NCBI GenBank assembly: GCA_964582295.1
Contig: CAZOQP010000001.1
Location: 148,754-212,753 of the forward strand
Reading direction: 5' to 3'
Source of the DNA: an uncultured Candidatus Saccharibacteria bacterium
GTDB taxonomy: Bacteria; Patescibacteriota; Minisyncoccia; Phycocordibacterales; Zambryskibacteraceae
Length of the DNA stretch: 64,000 nt
The translations under genes were made by a program, and so were the position numbers. The notes under the pieces were generated by a model. It ran no database searches. It saw nothing but the letters and a program-made list of their open reading frames with translations, and was not told where the DNA came from. Of this stretch, positions 16,912 through 26,341 are shown piece by piece (within the stretch, counting starts at the first letter, position 1; each line of letters begins with the position of its first letter).

Positions 16912-18555
16912 ATGTCAGGTAGCATAAGAACAGCAGAAGACCTCCAAGAAGCCCTAAAATCGCTTTCAGAGAGCGTAGAGGACTACAATCCTCAAGAGTA
17001 TAGATATATTCTCTATGCCCGTAAATCTACAGACGAAGCCACTAAGCAAGTCCAATCCCTTCCAGACCAACTAAGAGAGTGCAAAGAATACGCCGAGAGA
17101 AATAACTTAAAGATAGGAAAGATATTTCAAGAAGCCGAATCTGCTAAAGAGGCGGGAATAAGACCAATATTTAGAGAAATGATAGGACTTCTTGAAGCAG
17201 GAAAGTATGATGCAATTTTGGCTTGGCATCCAGATAGATTAGCTAGGAATATGCGAGATGCAGGAGAAATTATTGATTTGGTTGATAAGAGAACTATCAA
17301 AGACCTTAAATTTGTTAGCTTTGATTTTAATAATTCCGCATCAGGGAAAATGCACTTGGGAATTACCTTTGTTTTGTCCAAGCATTATTCAGACCATTTG
17401 AGCGAGAGTGTCAGTAGAGGCAACCGCAATAGAGTTGCCGAAGGGAAATATATCAATAAGCCCAAACACGGTTACATAAAAGACCCGAACCAGTATTTGA
17501 TACCTGACATCCATAACGATAACTTCATACTCATTAAAAACGCTTTTAAATTGAGATTAGAAGGTAAAACTCTTGAAGAAATTGCTGACTATCTAAGTGA
17601 AAATAACTACAGCATTACGAGAAAAAATAAGATAAAAGGGCTAGTAAGAAGTGCTTACAGAATGACCAAGCAGAGAGTGAGTAATTTTATGAAAGACCCT
17701 GTTTATACAGGCATATTGCAGTATGGAAAAAGCGGAGTGGTCAATCTGATTGAGCTTTATGGATTCCAACCAATGTTAAACGTGGAGGAGTTTATGAAGA
17801 TAAATAAGTTGGTTCATAATAAGGAGCTAATTAAGCTGGCTAGGAGCTTCCGCAAGGGAGAAGGCGTCATAGCAAACCTGATGAGAGAAATGGTTATTTG
17901 TGCAGATTGTGGCGAGACAATGACCCCTAATATTCCAAGAAACAGATATAACGATAGATATTTTTACTTCCGTTGTGATAATAGCGATTGCATTAGGAAG
18001 GGTAAATCTATAAGGGCAAAGGTAATTACCAGTTATATTTATGATTATCTTAATACCCAACCTTTTTCCTCTCCTGCTTCTTACGCTCATTATAAAGACG
18101 AGATGCGAAGGGTGTCAGAACAACGCCTAATAGAAGCCAAAAGAAATTTACGCTCCCTACAAACCCAAAAACTAAAGCTGGAGGAGAAAGTTGAAACGAT
18201 AAAGAATATGCTCGCTGGGAATGAAAGGGATGATATTAAGAATCTTTACAGAGAAGATTTGAAGCCGACCCAAGCAGAATTGAGGCAGATTGAGGAGAAA
18301 GTAGACAAAGTAAAGACCTATATAGAGGCAGGAAAGGACAGTATCTTAACTTATGAGGAATTTATTGAACTTATGGAAAATATGCCTAAGGTTATGAAGA
18401 AAATGAGAAATATGAATGAGCTGGACTATATTATCAGAAAAATCTTCTTGAACTTTACTGTAGCTCCTAAAAAGGTAATGAAATCAACGCTAAATACACC
18501 TTTTGATGCCTTAGAAGTCCAAAAAGTATCACTTGGTGCGCGGGAGAGGACTTGA
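16912..18555 (+). CDS. Large serine recombinase
   Basis: YARKST catalytic Ser, ESA...RP.F..M, DRLARN, CADCG and C..C zinc ribbon, coiled coil. Confidence 0.95.
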   Translation: MSGSIRTAEDLQEALKSLSESVEDYNPQEYRYILYARKSTDEATKQVQSLPDQLRECKEYAERNNLKIGKIFQEAESAKEAGIRPIFREMIGLLEAGKYDAILAWHPDRLARNMRDAGEIIDLVDKRTIKDLKFVSFDFNNSASGKMHLGITFVLSKHYSDHLSESVSRGNRNRVAEGKYINKPKHGYIKDPNQYLIPDIHNDNFILIKNAFKLRLEGKTLEEIADYLSENNYSITRKNKIKGLVRSAYRMTKQRVSNFMKDPVYTGILQYGKSGVVNLIELYGFQPMLNVEEFMKINKLVHNKELIKLARSFRKGEGVIANLMREMVICADCGETMTPNIPRNRYNDRYFYFRCDNSDCIRKGKSIRAKVITSYIYDYLNTQPFSSPASYAHYKDEMRRVSEQRLIEAKRNLRSLQTQKLKLEEKVETIKNMLAGNERDDIKNLYREDLKPTQAELRQIEEKVDKVKTYIEAGKDSILTYEEFIELMENMPKVMKKMRNMNELDYIIRKIFLNFTVAPKKVMKSTLNTPFDALEVQKVSLGARERT

Positions 18556-18618
18556 ACCTCCACGCCTTGCGGCATAAGAACCTCAATCTTACGTGTATAC
18601 CAATTTCACCACCCGCGC
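18534..18618 (-). tRNA. tRNA-Leu(GAG), CCA encoded
   Basis: taaga-ttGAGgt-tctta; variable arm; TTCAAGT. Confidence 0.95.
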
Positions 18619-18663
18619 GTCGCGTCATTATGCTCAATTACCGGCTCTTTTTCAAACAGGAGA

Positions 18664-19083
18664 TTATTCTTTTGCTACAGCTGCTTCTTCCGCAACTTCA
18701 GGAGCTTCGGGCACCACCTCCTCTTTGATTATTCTCACATTTCTCATCTGACGGCGGACTTCCTTAGCTGCCTTTTCACGAATGTGATAAAGCTTGGCGC
18801 GGCGTACTTTTGCACGCTTCACTATCTCTATCTTGTCTATCATGGGCGAGTAAAGAGGAAATATTTTTTCCACTCCCACGCCGGAGGCCACCTTTCTCAC
18901 AGTGAAGGTTCCGCCCGGAGTACTTCCATGTTTTACAGCGAGGATAAGACCTTCAAATGCCTGAAGGCGGATCTTTCCCTTTTCTTTGATCTTCTGCCAC
19001 ACACGCACGCTGTCGCCGCCTCTTAATCCGAGGCTGATGCGCTCATCCATGGGCGCCGAAGAGACTACGTACGTTGTTTTCAT
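18664..19083 (-). CDS. rplS: 50S ribosomal protein L19
   Basis: GDSVRV, RLQAFEG, FTVRKVASGVGVEKIFP, VRRAKLY. Confidence 0.96.
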   Translation of the reverse strand: MKTTYVVSSAPMDERISLGLRGGDSVRVWQKIKEKGKIRLQAFEGLILAVKHGSTPGGTFTVRKVASGVGVEKIFPLYSPMIDKIEIVKRAKVRRAKLYHIREKAAKEVRRQMRNVRIIKEEVVPEAPEVAEEAAVAKE

Positions 19084-19091
19084 AATGGGCG

Positions 19092-19850
19092 CTACTCTAA
19101 CACATTTGGGAGACTTTCTGCAATGCTTTGCCTGAAAGAGGTAAGAGCTGTTTCAAAATCATCAGGGTATGGCGCGATGACGCTTTTTTCCTTGCCGTCT
19201 CGGCCCGGCCAGGTGAGCTTATAGGCATGAAGAGCGGGGCGGTTCAATCCGAAAAGGCAGGGTTTACCTGATGCATAAAGGGAGTCACATACTATCGGAT
19301 GATGAACAGCTTTCAGGTGCACGCGTATCTGGTGTGTGCGGCCGGTGATAGGGAAGACATGCAGGAATGAAGCGTCGCTCCCTTTTTCACGCACTACGAA
19401 TTGAGTGGTGGCCTCGCGAAGCTCGCCGCGCGCGCCGCGCTGGGCGGAGAACTGGCGGAAATCACTAGAACTTCTTCCGATAGGGCGTTTTATGACGCCG
19501 CGTTCGTCTTTTACTGGTCCGTATACCAAAGCGTGGTATTCCTTGTGTATCTTCCTGTTCTGAAAAGCTCTTTTGAAGTATGTGTGGGAGCCCTTTGTCT
19601 TGCATAAAAGAAGAACACCCGAAGTTTCTTTATCCAGGCGGTGAACGATGCCAGGACGGAATATGGCCGTGCCATTTTTAAGCACCTCTTCTTCGCCCAC
19701 ATCTTTCATTTGCGGATAATGCTTAAGCGCCCAATCGGCGAGTGTCTCTTCCTTATGAACACCATCCGCATGCACCAGGATTCCCGCCGGCTTGTTCACT
19801 ACTACCACGTCATCATCTTCATAAAGAACGGTTATTTTTTCTTTTTTCAT
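19092..19850 (-). CDS. RluA/RluD family pseudouridine synthase
   Basis: VNKPAG, GIVHRLDKETSG, TGRTHQIRVH, LHA. Confidence 0.95.
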   Translation of the reverse strand: MKKEKITVLYEDDDVVVVNKPAGILVHADGVHKEETLADWALKHYPQMKDVGEEEVLKNGTAIFRPGIVHRLDKETSGVLLLCKTKGSHTYFKRAFQNRKIHKEYHALVYGPVKDERGVIKRPIGRSSSDFRQFSAQRGARGELREATTQFVVREKGSDASFLHVFPITGRTHQIRVHLKAVHHPIVCDSLYASGKPCLFGLNRPALHAYKLTWPGRDGKEKSVIAPYPDDFETALTSFRQSIAESLPNVLE

Positions 19851-20524
19851 TTTCCGTTCCGCTTTTCGCGCTTAGCGTAATTTTCTAGCATTAAAAAGAA
19901 TTCTTCTTTTGAGAAATCCGGCCATAGTGTATCGGAGAACATAAGCTCGCTGTATGATGATTGCCATAAAAGAAAATTGGAGAGACGCATTTCTCCTCCG
20001 GTTCGGATAACAAGCTCTGGATCGGGGATGGAGGCGGTATCAAGAAAAGATGAGAATTTTTCTTCTGTGAGAGTCGCTACATCTTTAGTGGGGATATTTT
20101 TAATAGCCCTTATTATTTCGTCCCGACCTCCGTATGAAAGTGCGATAGTAAGCTTTATTTTTTCTTCGTCCGGTGCGGTACTCTTAGTTTTTTCAATTAA
20201 TTTTTGGATGTCTTCCTGAAAATCTGAAGGGTTCCCAATGAAATGCACCGAAACACCTTTCTTTTTTATTTCGCCCACCCTTTCTGTAAGTGCCCAGGTG
20301 AAAATCTTCAAGAGGCCACCCACTTCCTCTTCGGTGCGCTTCCAATTCTCGGTGGAGAAAGCATAGGCGATTACATTTTTCACTCCCTTCTCAATAGCCC
20401 AATCCACCACCTCTTCAAGTTTTTTATATCCGGCTTCGTGTCCTGTAAAAGTAGTCAGTCCGTGCTTTTTAGCGAAACGGCGGTTGCCGTCCATGATGAT
20501 GCCTAGAGTTTGGGGAATTGACAT
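19847..20524 (-). CDS. uppS: Undecaprenyl diphosphate synthase
   Basis: IMDGNRR, YAFSTENWKR, YGGRDEI, RTGGEMRLSNFLLWQ. Confidence 0.96.
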   Translation of the reverse strand: MSIPQTLGIIMDGNRRFAKKHGLTTFTGHEAGYKKLEEVVDWAIEKGVKNVIAYAFSTENWKRTEEEVGGLLKIFTWALTERVGEIKKKGVSVHFIGNPSDFQEDIQKLIEKTKSTAPDEEKIKLTIALSYGGRDEIIRAIKNIPTKDVATLTEEKFSSFLDTASIPDPELVIRTGGEMRLSNFLLWQSSYSELMFSDTLWPDFSKEEFFLMLENYAKREKRNGK

Positions 20525-20530
20525 ATTTAG

Positions 20531-20603
20531 TGCGCGCTGAGGGACTTGAACCCCCGACCTTCCCGGTGTAAACGGGTTGCTCTACCAACTGAGCTAAGCG
20601 CGC
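20531..20603 (-). tRNA. tRNA-Val(TAC)
   Basis: cccg-ttTACac-cggg; TTCAAGT. Confidence 0.95.
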
Positions 20604-20719
20604 GTACAGAGTATCGAAATATACGTTAGCAGAAAAGTGTGTCCTTGTCGCTTATTAACTTTGTACATATACCTCATTGAATTAGGATGTTCACAGTAGT
20701 CCTTTTCAATGGAGGTTAT

Positions 20720-21325
20720 GTGCGTAACGCGATCATATTGCCGGCAGCCCCTGCTGGTGCATCCGATCTCGCCGCTTTGCTTGTGGTAGTGGCGTACCGC
20801 TTCAGTTTTTATCTCGACGAGGAAGCTTGTAGAGATAGATCAGATTTTGAGATAGATTTCACAAGGCGGGTAGAGGATTTTCTATCCACCTTACAAGTGG
20901 CACCAAAAGATTCTACCCAGATGGAGTTCCATGGATTTTCGGAAGAAGGTGTTCGGAATCAGTATGGTGCCTTATGCCGGAATTGTCCGACATGGAGCCG
21001 TAGTGCAAAACCTCGGCCGAGACGCGACCGGGGAGAGGTGCTCTCATTTGACGACATCGATGAGCTGACGTACGCCTTCGCCTGCATCATTGCTCACACT
21101 GGATACCGTAATGCAATGCGGTATCAGGAAACCCTTTCAGTGCTTCGGCGGAATGTGGTCGTCTGGTATCTGACGAATCTCGGGTATCGTTTACCCATAG
21201 GTCCTTGGCCTCATGAAGATTGGACGGCCCACCGATGCTGGCCCTGGCTTGCAGGGTTTGATGGGGCCCGGAGCGACGAAGTGGGGGCTGTTCTTTCCCA
21301 TCGTGTTCGTCGCATGAGTGCGTGA
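20720..21325 (+). CDS. Hypothetical protein
   Basis: Long ORF; GGAGG 4 nt before an in-frame GTG. Confidence 0.55.
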   Translation: MRNAIILPAAPAGASDLAALLVVVAYRFSFYLDEEACRDRSDFEIDFTRRVEDFLSTLQVAPKDSTQMEFHGFSEEGVRNQYGALCRNCPTWSRSAKPRPRRDRGEVLSFDDIDELTYAFACIIAHTGYRNAMRYQETLSVLRRNVVVWYLTNLGYRLPIGPWPHEDWTAHRCWPWLAGFDGARSDEVGAVLSHRVRRMSA

Positions 21326-21347
21326 GGTTTGTGAAAAGTGTGCAGTG

Positions 21348-21914
21348 TTACTTGCGGTTCCGACGTTTCGTCGGAACCGCTTTCTTTTTTGCAGGTGTTG
21401 TAAGTACGAAGCGGTAAGGTTTTTTTGCCCACACAGGCCCCGCGTAATTTACTCCGATGCGGGGAGTGGCCGAGATGTTTCGTGGCGAAACATCTCGGCC
21501 CCGATCTTCAAACCACAATCCCGTTCTCTTGTTTGCAGGTGCACCGTTCAGGATTTTATCAATTGAAAATGCACGGGTGAGGCGCCCCGGCCCGCTCCAT
21601 TTTTCGGTGCCCCGTATCAAAACCGCGGCGGGGTAATCTTTCTCTCCCGTCACCACATTCAGCATCCAGTGCATGCCGTACACGAAATAAACATATAAAG
21701 TACCTCCTTCGCAAAACATTACTTCCGTACGCTTTGTCCTGCCTTTGGCGGCATGGCAGGCGAGGTCATGCGGCCCTACATAAGCTTCAGCTTCTGTGAT
21801 CTTGTCCGCGATAATTTCTCCGTTCACTTTTCTCACTAGGTGCATCCCGATGAGATCTTTCGCCACTTTCACAGCGGGGCGGTTGAAAAAATCGGGGCCT
21901 AAAACTTTTCTCAT
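21348..21914 (-). CDS. 3-methyladenine DNA glycosylase (Mpg/AAG family)
   Basis: FFNRP...VA.DLIG, ITEAEAY, YVYFVYGMHWMLNVV, AVLIR, GPG.L, PRIGV. Confidence 0.93.
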   Translation of the reverse strand: MRKVLGPDFFNRPAVKVAKDLIGMHLVRKVNGEIIADKITEAEAYVGPHDLACHAAKGRTKRTEVMFCEGGTLYVYFVYGMHWMLNVVTGEKDYPAAVLIRGTEKWSGPGRLTRAFSIDKILNGAPANKRTGLWFEDRGRDVSPRNISATPRIGVNYAGPVWAKKPYRFVLTTPAKKKAVPTKRRNRK

Positions 21915-21962
21915 TTTGTTAGGATACCCGAAGAGTGGTATAAATGGGAACGAACGTCTTAT

Positions 21963-22035
21963 GGTGCCTATGGTGTAAAGGTTAACACTGAAGTTTGTGG
22001 AACTTCCAATCTGGGTTCGATTCCCAGTAGGCACC
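21963..22035 (+). tRNA. tRNA-His(GTG) with encoded G-1
   Basis: gaagt-ttGTGga-acttc; G-1:C73. Confidence 0.95.
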
Positions 22036-22139
22036 CAAAAATAAGGAAACGATCCGGCGACTATATTTTTGGAGTGTCCTGAGCTTGCCGAAGGGCACCC
22101 ATTAATAAAAGTTTTTTTAGTGTGCGGTATAATTAAGGT

Positions 22140-22877
22140 ATGAAAAACATCATTGCGGCGATTGCCGGAGTTTTGGTGGTTGGGGGTGCTGTCTGGTGGG
22201 GAGTGAGCCATAGGGAAACTTCTCCTGCCGCCCAAGTGCCTGTTTCTATGCCGGATATCTCTACACCCTCTATAGCAGTTGGTGAACCTTCGTCAACATC
22301 TCCAGATGCAAAGGTCATCGCAGAACTTCAGGGTGTCTGGAAAAAATACATTGCAGCAGTAAAGGCACACGACATAACCACTGTCAGAGCCATGTCTTTC
22401 AGACAATCAACTGTTTGTGGTAATCCTTCTCTTCAAAAAGAATGTTTTGAGCTTATGGATGCTCTGGCAGAGAACGTGAGTGATTTTAAAGCCGAAGATC
22501 TCACTTTGGTGTGGTACGACGAAAAACAGGCAGTTCTCCGCAGTCCTCTTCGCCACATCGTAAATACGGACAATGAAGGATATGCCCAGTCGCGTGTATT
22601 TTTTGCAAAATCTGAGAACAGCGACGAATACAAAGTGCTTGCAGTAATGCCAGATTGGGGAAGATTTACCGGCACGATGGGCGCTACCAAAGAAGCCGTT
22701 GCCGCCCTTTTGGAAAAAGGTATTTTGGATACAGATAAGGATGGCCTCACAGATATGGAAGAGCGATGCGAAACAGGAAATGGAGAGGTGGTAGAGACAG
22801 GATGTTCCACTACCGACCAGGAAAAACGCGACACAGATGGTGACGAATGGTGGGACGGGATTGAAATATATTTTTAA
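22140..22877 (+). CDS. Membrane-anchored protein with Ca-binding DxDxDG repeats
   Basis: N-terminal TM; DTDKDGLTD.EE and DTDGDEWWDG.E. Confidence 0.75.
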   Translation: MKNIIAAIAGVLVVGGAVWWGVSHRETSPAAQVPVSMPDISTPSIAVGEPSSTSPDAKVIAELQGVWKKYIAAVKAHDITTVRAMSFRQSTVCGNPSLQKECFELMDALAENVSDFKAEDLTLVWYDEKQAVLRSPLRHIVNTDNEGYAQSRVFFAKSENSDEYKVLAVMPDWGRFTGTMGATKEAVAALLEKGILDTDKDGLTDMEERCETGNGEVVETGCSTTDQEKRDTDGDEWWDGIEIYF

Positions 22878-22882
22878 AAACC

Positions 22883-23353
22883 ATGAATACTCACGAAACA
22901 AATCAGCACACACCGCCCCCTCTTTCCGAGGTCAAAAAAATGCGCCCGCCGGTGCATAACGCCATATTGAAATACAAAAAAGATTTCACTTCTGTGGAAA
23001 AATTTGCCGTATGGATAACGGAAGGTATCGGGAGTATGGGTTTTTTCTGTATCATCTTTATCTGGACGCTCATTTGGCTTTCGTGGAATCTTTTCGCTCC
23101 GTCCCAATTCCAATTCGATCCGTATCCCGCTTTCGTGTTATGGCTTTTCATTTCAAACGTGATACAGATGTTCTTTTTGCCTCTTATTATGGTCGGGCAG
23201 AACCTTCAGGGCCGATACGCAGAAGCACGCGCAGAGGAGGATTTCAAGATAAATACTAAAGCCGAAAGGGAAGTGGAGGTAATACTTATGCATCTGGAGA
23301 AGCAGGAGAAAGTTTTGAACCAGATAATTTCGCGTCTTGAGAGCCGAGGATAA
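22883..23353 (+). CDS. DUF1003-like membrane protein
   Basis: GSM.FF.....W...W..WN, FDPYP, PLIMVGQN. Confidence 0.85.
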   Translation: MNTHETNQHTPPPLSEVKKMRPPVHNAILKYKKDFTSVEKFAVWITEGIGSMGFFCIIFIWTLIWLSWNLFAPSQFQFDPYPAFVLWLFISNVIQMFFLPLIMVGQNLQGRYAEARAEEDFKINTKAEREVEVILMHLEKQEKVLNQIISRLESRG

Positions 23354-23357
23354 AGGT

Positions 23358-23843
23358 ATGGGCGAACACGCCGTATTTGCCGCTGGGTGTTTCTGGGGAG
23401 TGGAGGATGCTTTCCGTCTTACGGACGGTGTTTTGGAAACAGAAGTCGGCTACACGGGAGGTGCGGTGGAAAATCCCACATACGAAAATGTGTGTAATGG
23501 TAAAACGGGGCATGCAGAAGCCGTGCGGTTAAAATTCGATCCGGCAAAAGTTTCATATGAAGACCTTGTGAGAAAATTTTTCTCCATTCACAATCCGACC
23601 ACTAAAAATATGCAGGGCCCGGATGTAGGAGAGCAATATCGTTCGGTCATTTTTTACGCGGATGAAAAGCAAAAAGATATTGCGGAAAAAGTGAAGGCGG
23701 AATTAGAACGGTCCGCCAGCTGGCGGAATACCTGGCCAGCTCCGATAGTAACGGAGATAATCCTCGAAAAAACCTTTTATCGGGCTGAAGAATATCATCA
23801 GAAATATTTCCTGAAGAATGGCGGAGGAGTGTGTCATTCCTAG
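23358..23843 (+). CDS. msrA: Peptide methionine sulfoxide reductase A
   Basis: GCFWG, GYTGG, GHAE, QYRS, AEEYHQKY. Confidence 0.96.
   Translation: MGEHAVFAAGCFWGVEDAFRLTDGVLETEVGYTGGAVENPTYENVCNGKTGHAEAVRLKFDPAKVSYEDLVRKFFSIHNPTTKNMQGPDVGEQYRSVIFYADEKQKDIAEKVKAELERSASWRNTWPAPIVTEIILEKTFYRAEEYHQKYFLKNGGGVCHS
23712..23727. repeat. 16-bp palindrome inside msrA
   Basis: tccgccagctggcgga. Confidence 0.7.
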
Positions 23844-23875
23844 AAGAGGCGGACTTTAAGCTGTAAGCTATAAGC

Positions 23876-24748
23876 ATGCCCTGGTATATATATGCACTTC
23901 TCGCAGCCGTTTTCTTTTCTCTAACCTCGCTGGTAGAAAAGAAAGCTCTTAATAAAGTTCATTCTTTAAGTTTTTCTTCCACTTACGCAGTTATTACATT
24001 TCTTTTTTCCCTGCCGCTCCTATTTTTCGTAGATTTCAGTGTCTTGAACCAGCAGGTTATCATCCTCATGCTCGTTACAGCTGCTTTCGGCTCTATTGCT
24101 ATCCGCTTGGCCGCGAAAGGTATGAGACATTTGGATATTTCAACAGCTGCCCCTCTTATGGCACTCAATCCTGGTGCTGCCGCCATAACCGGCTTGGTAT
24201 TTTTGGGTGAGCATCTACAGCAAAAAGATATATTAGGAATATTTTTCATGATAGTTGGGTCTTATGTTCTTTCGGTAGCGCCGCATCTCAAAATATTGGA
24301 ATCCATAAAAAAATTCTTCGGCTCAAAATACGTTATCTTCATACTTATGTCCGTGGTTTTTTACGCTCTCGGCGTAGCGGTGGACAGAACGCTTATGTCC
24401 CGCCACGCGGTTGACGTATTTTCGTACATATTTTTCGTGAATCTTTTCATGGCAGTCATGTTCTTGTTCGTGAACTCCGGCTGGGGGAGAGGTGTGCGCG
24501 GAATATCCGAGGCATTGAAAACGGATGGCGGCACTATTGCACTCGCATCTATTTTCACGGTGGCCTTCAACTTCTTTGAACTGAAAGCTCTTCAGCTAGC
24601 TTTCGTGGGTCTTGTCTCCACCATTAAGCGCTCATCTTCTTTTTTCACTACGATCATAGGGGGTGAGATATTCCACGAGAGCCGGCTTCTTCGCAAATCC
24701 ATCTCATCACTCATCATTATTTTGGGGTGTGTCTTAGTCGTATTGTAG
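23876..24748 (+). CDS. EamA/DMT family transporter
   Basis: About 10 TM segments, duplicated halves, FLGEH and FHES motifs. Confidence 0.85.
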   Translation: MPWYIYALLAAVFFSLTSLVEKKALNKVHSLSFSSTYAVITFLFSLPLLFFVDFSVLNQQVIILMLVTAAFGSIAIRLAAKGMRHLDISTAAPLMALNPGAAAITGLVFLGEHLQQKDILGIFFMIVGSYVLSVAPHLKILESIKKFFGSKYVIFILMSVVFYALGVAVDRTLMSRHAVDVFSYIFFVNLFMAVMFLFVNSGWGRGVRGISEALKTDGGTIALASIFTVAFNFFELKALQLAFVGLVSTIKRSSSFFTTIIGGEIFHESRLLRKSISSLIIILGCVLVVL

Positions 24749-24849
24749 GGCTTGACCTCACTTGGAGAGAGTATAAGATGGACAGCGGCTGTTCTTTGTT
24801 GTACGTTCCAGCAGTTCCTTTATCAATCCCAACGAAGGGAGATACCGCA

Positions 24850-25308
24850 ATGACCCTACCCCACGCTGGCCGCCTTTCCGCCTTTCACTTTGAACGGGCG
24901 CGAGGAAACACTTCGGCAAGCAGTGGCAGTACTACCGAACGAGGAGCCAGGGTCACACCTGCACAAGAAGTCATCACGCCTCAGGAGGCAGAGGACAGGT
25001 GCAGGGCCTGGGCGGTGCGCGTCATGATGAGGGAGCGCATCCGCAACGAACCCTGGAATACAAGCTCGGGCGTCCAGCTCGTGTTCACGGGGAGAAAGAT
25101 GGAGCTCAAAAGCCATGGGAGACACGTCAAAGACGTGGATGTCCTAGCGTTGGCTCAGATCAGGTTTGGTGATGCCGAGATGCGCATCGCCAAATATTCC
25201 ACGGAAGAAGCTTCCGTGGCCGCCGTTGGTTTGCCGGTGCAAGTGCCGGCAGAGATGGCCGAGCTTCTCGCCAATATGGTGAATCAGGTGGGAAGAAGGG
25301 TGCACTAA
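24850..25308 (+). CDS. Hypothetical protein
   Basis: SD gaagggaga; downstream hairpin at 25358-25381. Confidence 0.55.
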   Translation: MTLPHAGRLSAFHFERARGNTSASSGSTTERGARVTPAQEVITPQEAEDRCRAWAVRVMMRERIRNEPWNTSSGVQLVFTGRKMELKSHGRHVKDVDVLALAQIRFGDAEMRIAKYSTEEASVAAVGLPVQVPAEMAELLANMVNQVGRRVH

Positions 25309-25410
25309 AGCGACGTACGAACAAAAAAATTGAAAGACCAGAACGGTAAAAGAACGGGGCTGCGCAAAATAGCGCAGCCCTTTATGTTTTTTGAGTTAAT
25401 ATGAAGACTT

Positions 25411-26298
25411 ATGGATTTTATTACTCGCAAGGAAAAAGGATATTCCCTAGTGGATTCGGGGGATCTGCAAAGATTGGAGCGTTTCGGAGAGACTTTTTTG
25501 GTGCGTCCTGAGCCCCAGGCGCTTTGGCCTAAAAGTAATCCTTCTGCATGGCTCAAGTCTGACGGCATTTTAGGTAAGAACGGATGGTCGTTCTCAAAAA
25601 ATAGCTCGCAATCTTTTGAATGTGTAATTTCAGATATTTCAGCGAAAGTGGAAATAGGAAAAGGTAGAAATATAGGTATTTTTCCTGAACATGCGAAGCA
25701 GTGGAAAGCCCTGGAGAATTTGTGCGTATCAAGAACCGCTCGCCGAAGTAAAGTAAAAGTTATGAATCTTTTTGCACACACTGGTTTAGCATCCATCGCT
25801 TGCGCTAAAGGTGGAGCGGAGGTGACGCATGTAGATAGTTCGCGTATGGCAAGCAGTGCGGCCAAAGAGGCGGCGGCAGAGAACGGTGTTTCCGATTCCA
25901 TCCGCTTCATCACGGACGACGCACTTTCATTCCTTAAGCGCGAAGCGCGTCGCGGCAATCAATACGACCTCATCATTCTTGACCCTCCTGTTTTCGGACG
26001 GGGAAGCCAGGGGCAGGTTTTCAAAATTGAAGAAAAGATAGAGGTGCTTTTGCAGGGGGCAACTGCTCTACTCTCCCAAAAACCCCTTGGCATTCTCTTG
26101 AATGGCTATGCTTCGGAGTATTCCCATATCTCGTATGCAAATCTCCTTTCGGCCGCCACGGGTATGGAAACCCTTTCGGGAATACTTGGAATTGAAGAGG
26201 AAAATGGACGTTTTGTATTGCCTTTGGGCATATGGGCTTTCGCTGCTTTCTCTTCTGAAGCAAAAGAGGTTATAATGCGTCGGCAAAAAGTGAAATAG
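25411..26298 (+). CDS. Class I SAM-dependent methyltransferase (RlmI/K-like)
   Basis: DSG...LERFG, GIFPEH, NLFAHTG, HVDSS, IILDPP.FG. Confidence 0.88.
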   Translation: MDFITRKEKGYSLVDSGDLQRLERFGETFLVRPEPQALWPKSNPSAWLKSDGILGKNGWSFSKNSSQSFECVISDISAKVEIGKGRNIGIFPEHAKQWKALENLCVSRTARRSKVKVMNLFAHTGLASIACAKGGAEVTHVDSSRMASSAAKEAAAENGVSDSIRFITDDALSFLKREARRGNQYDLIILDPPVFGRGSQGQVFKIEEKIEVLLQGATALLSQKPLGILLNGYASEYSHISYANLLSAATGMETLSGILGIEEENGRFVLPLGIWAFAAFSSEAKEVIMRRQKVK

Positions 26299-26341
26299 GG
26301 ATAAAACATTATTATCTTATAAATAAACGACATACACATTT

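Larger units (their letters stand above)
14193..18539. mobile_element. Integrative element (large serine recombinase) at the tRNA-Leu(GAG) 3' end
   Basis: AT-rich block between two Leu tRNAs; recombinase runs into the tRNA; putative GTGC crossover cores at 14193-14196 and 18536-18539 (left boundary inferred). Confidence 0.75.

Noticed and set aside
21915-22235. N-terminal extension of the 295-aa glycosylase ORF
   Set aside because: Overlaps tRNA-His and the next gene; homology starts at MRKVLG (21914)
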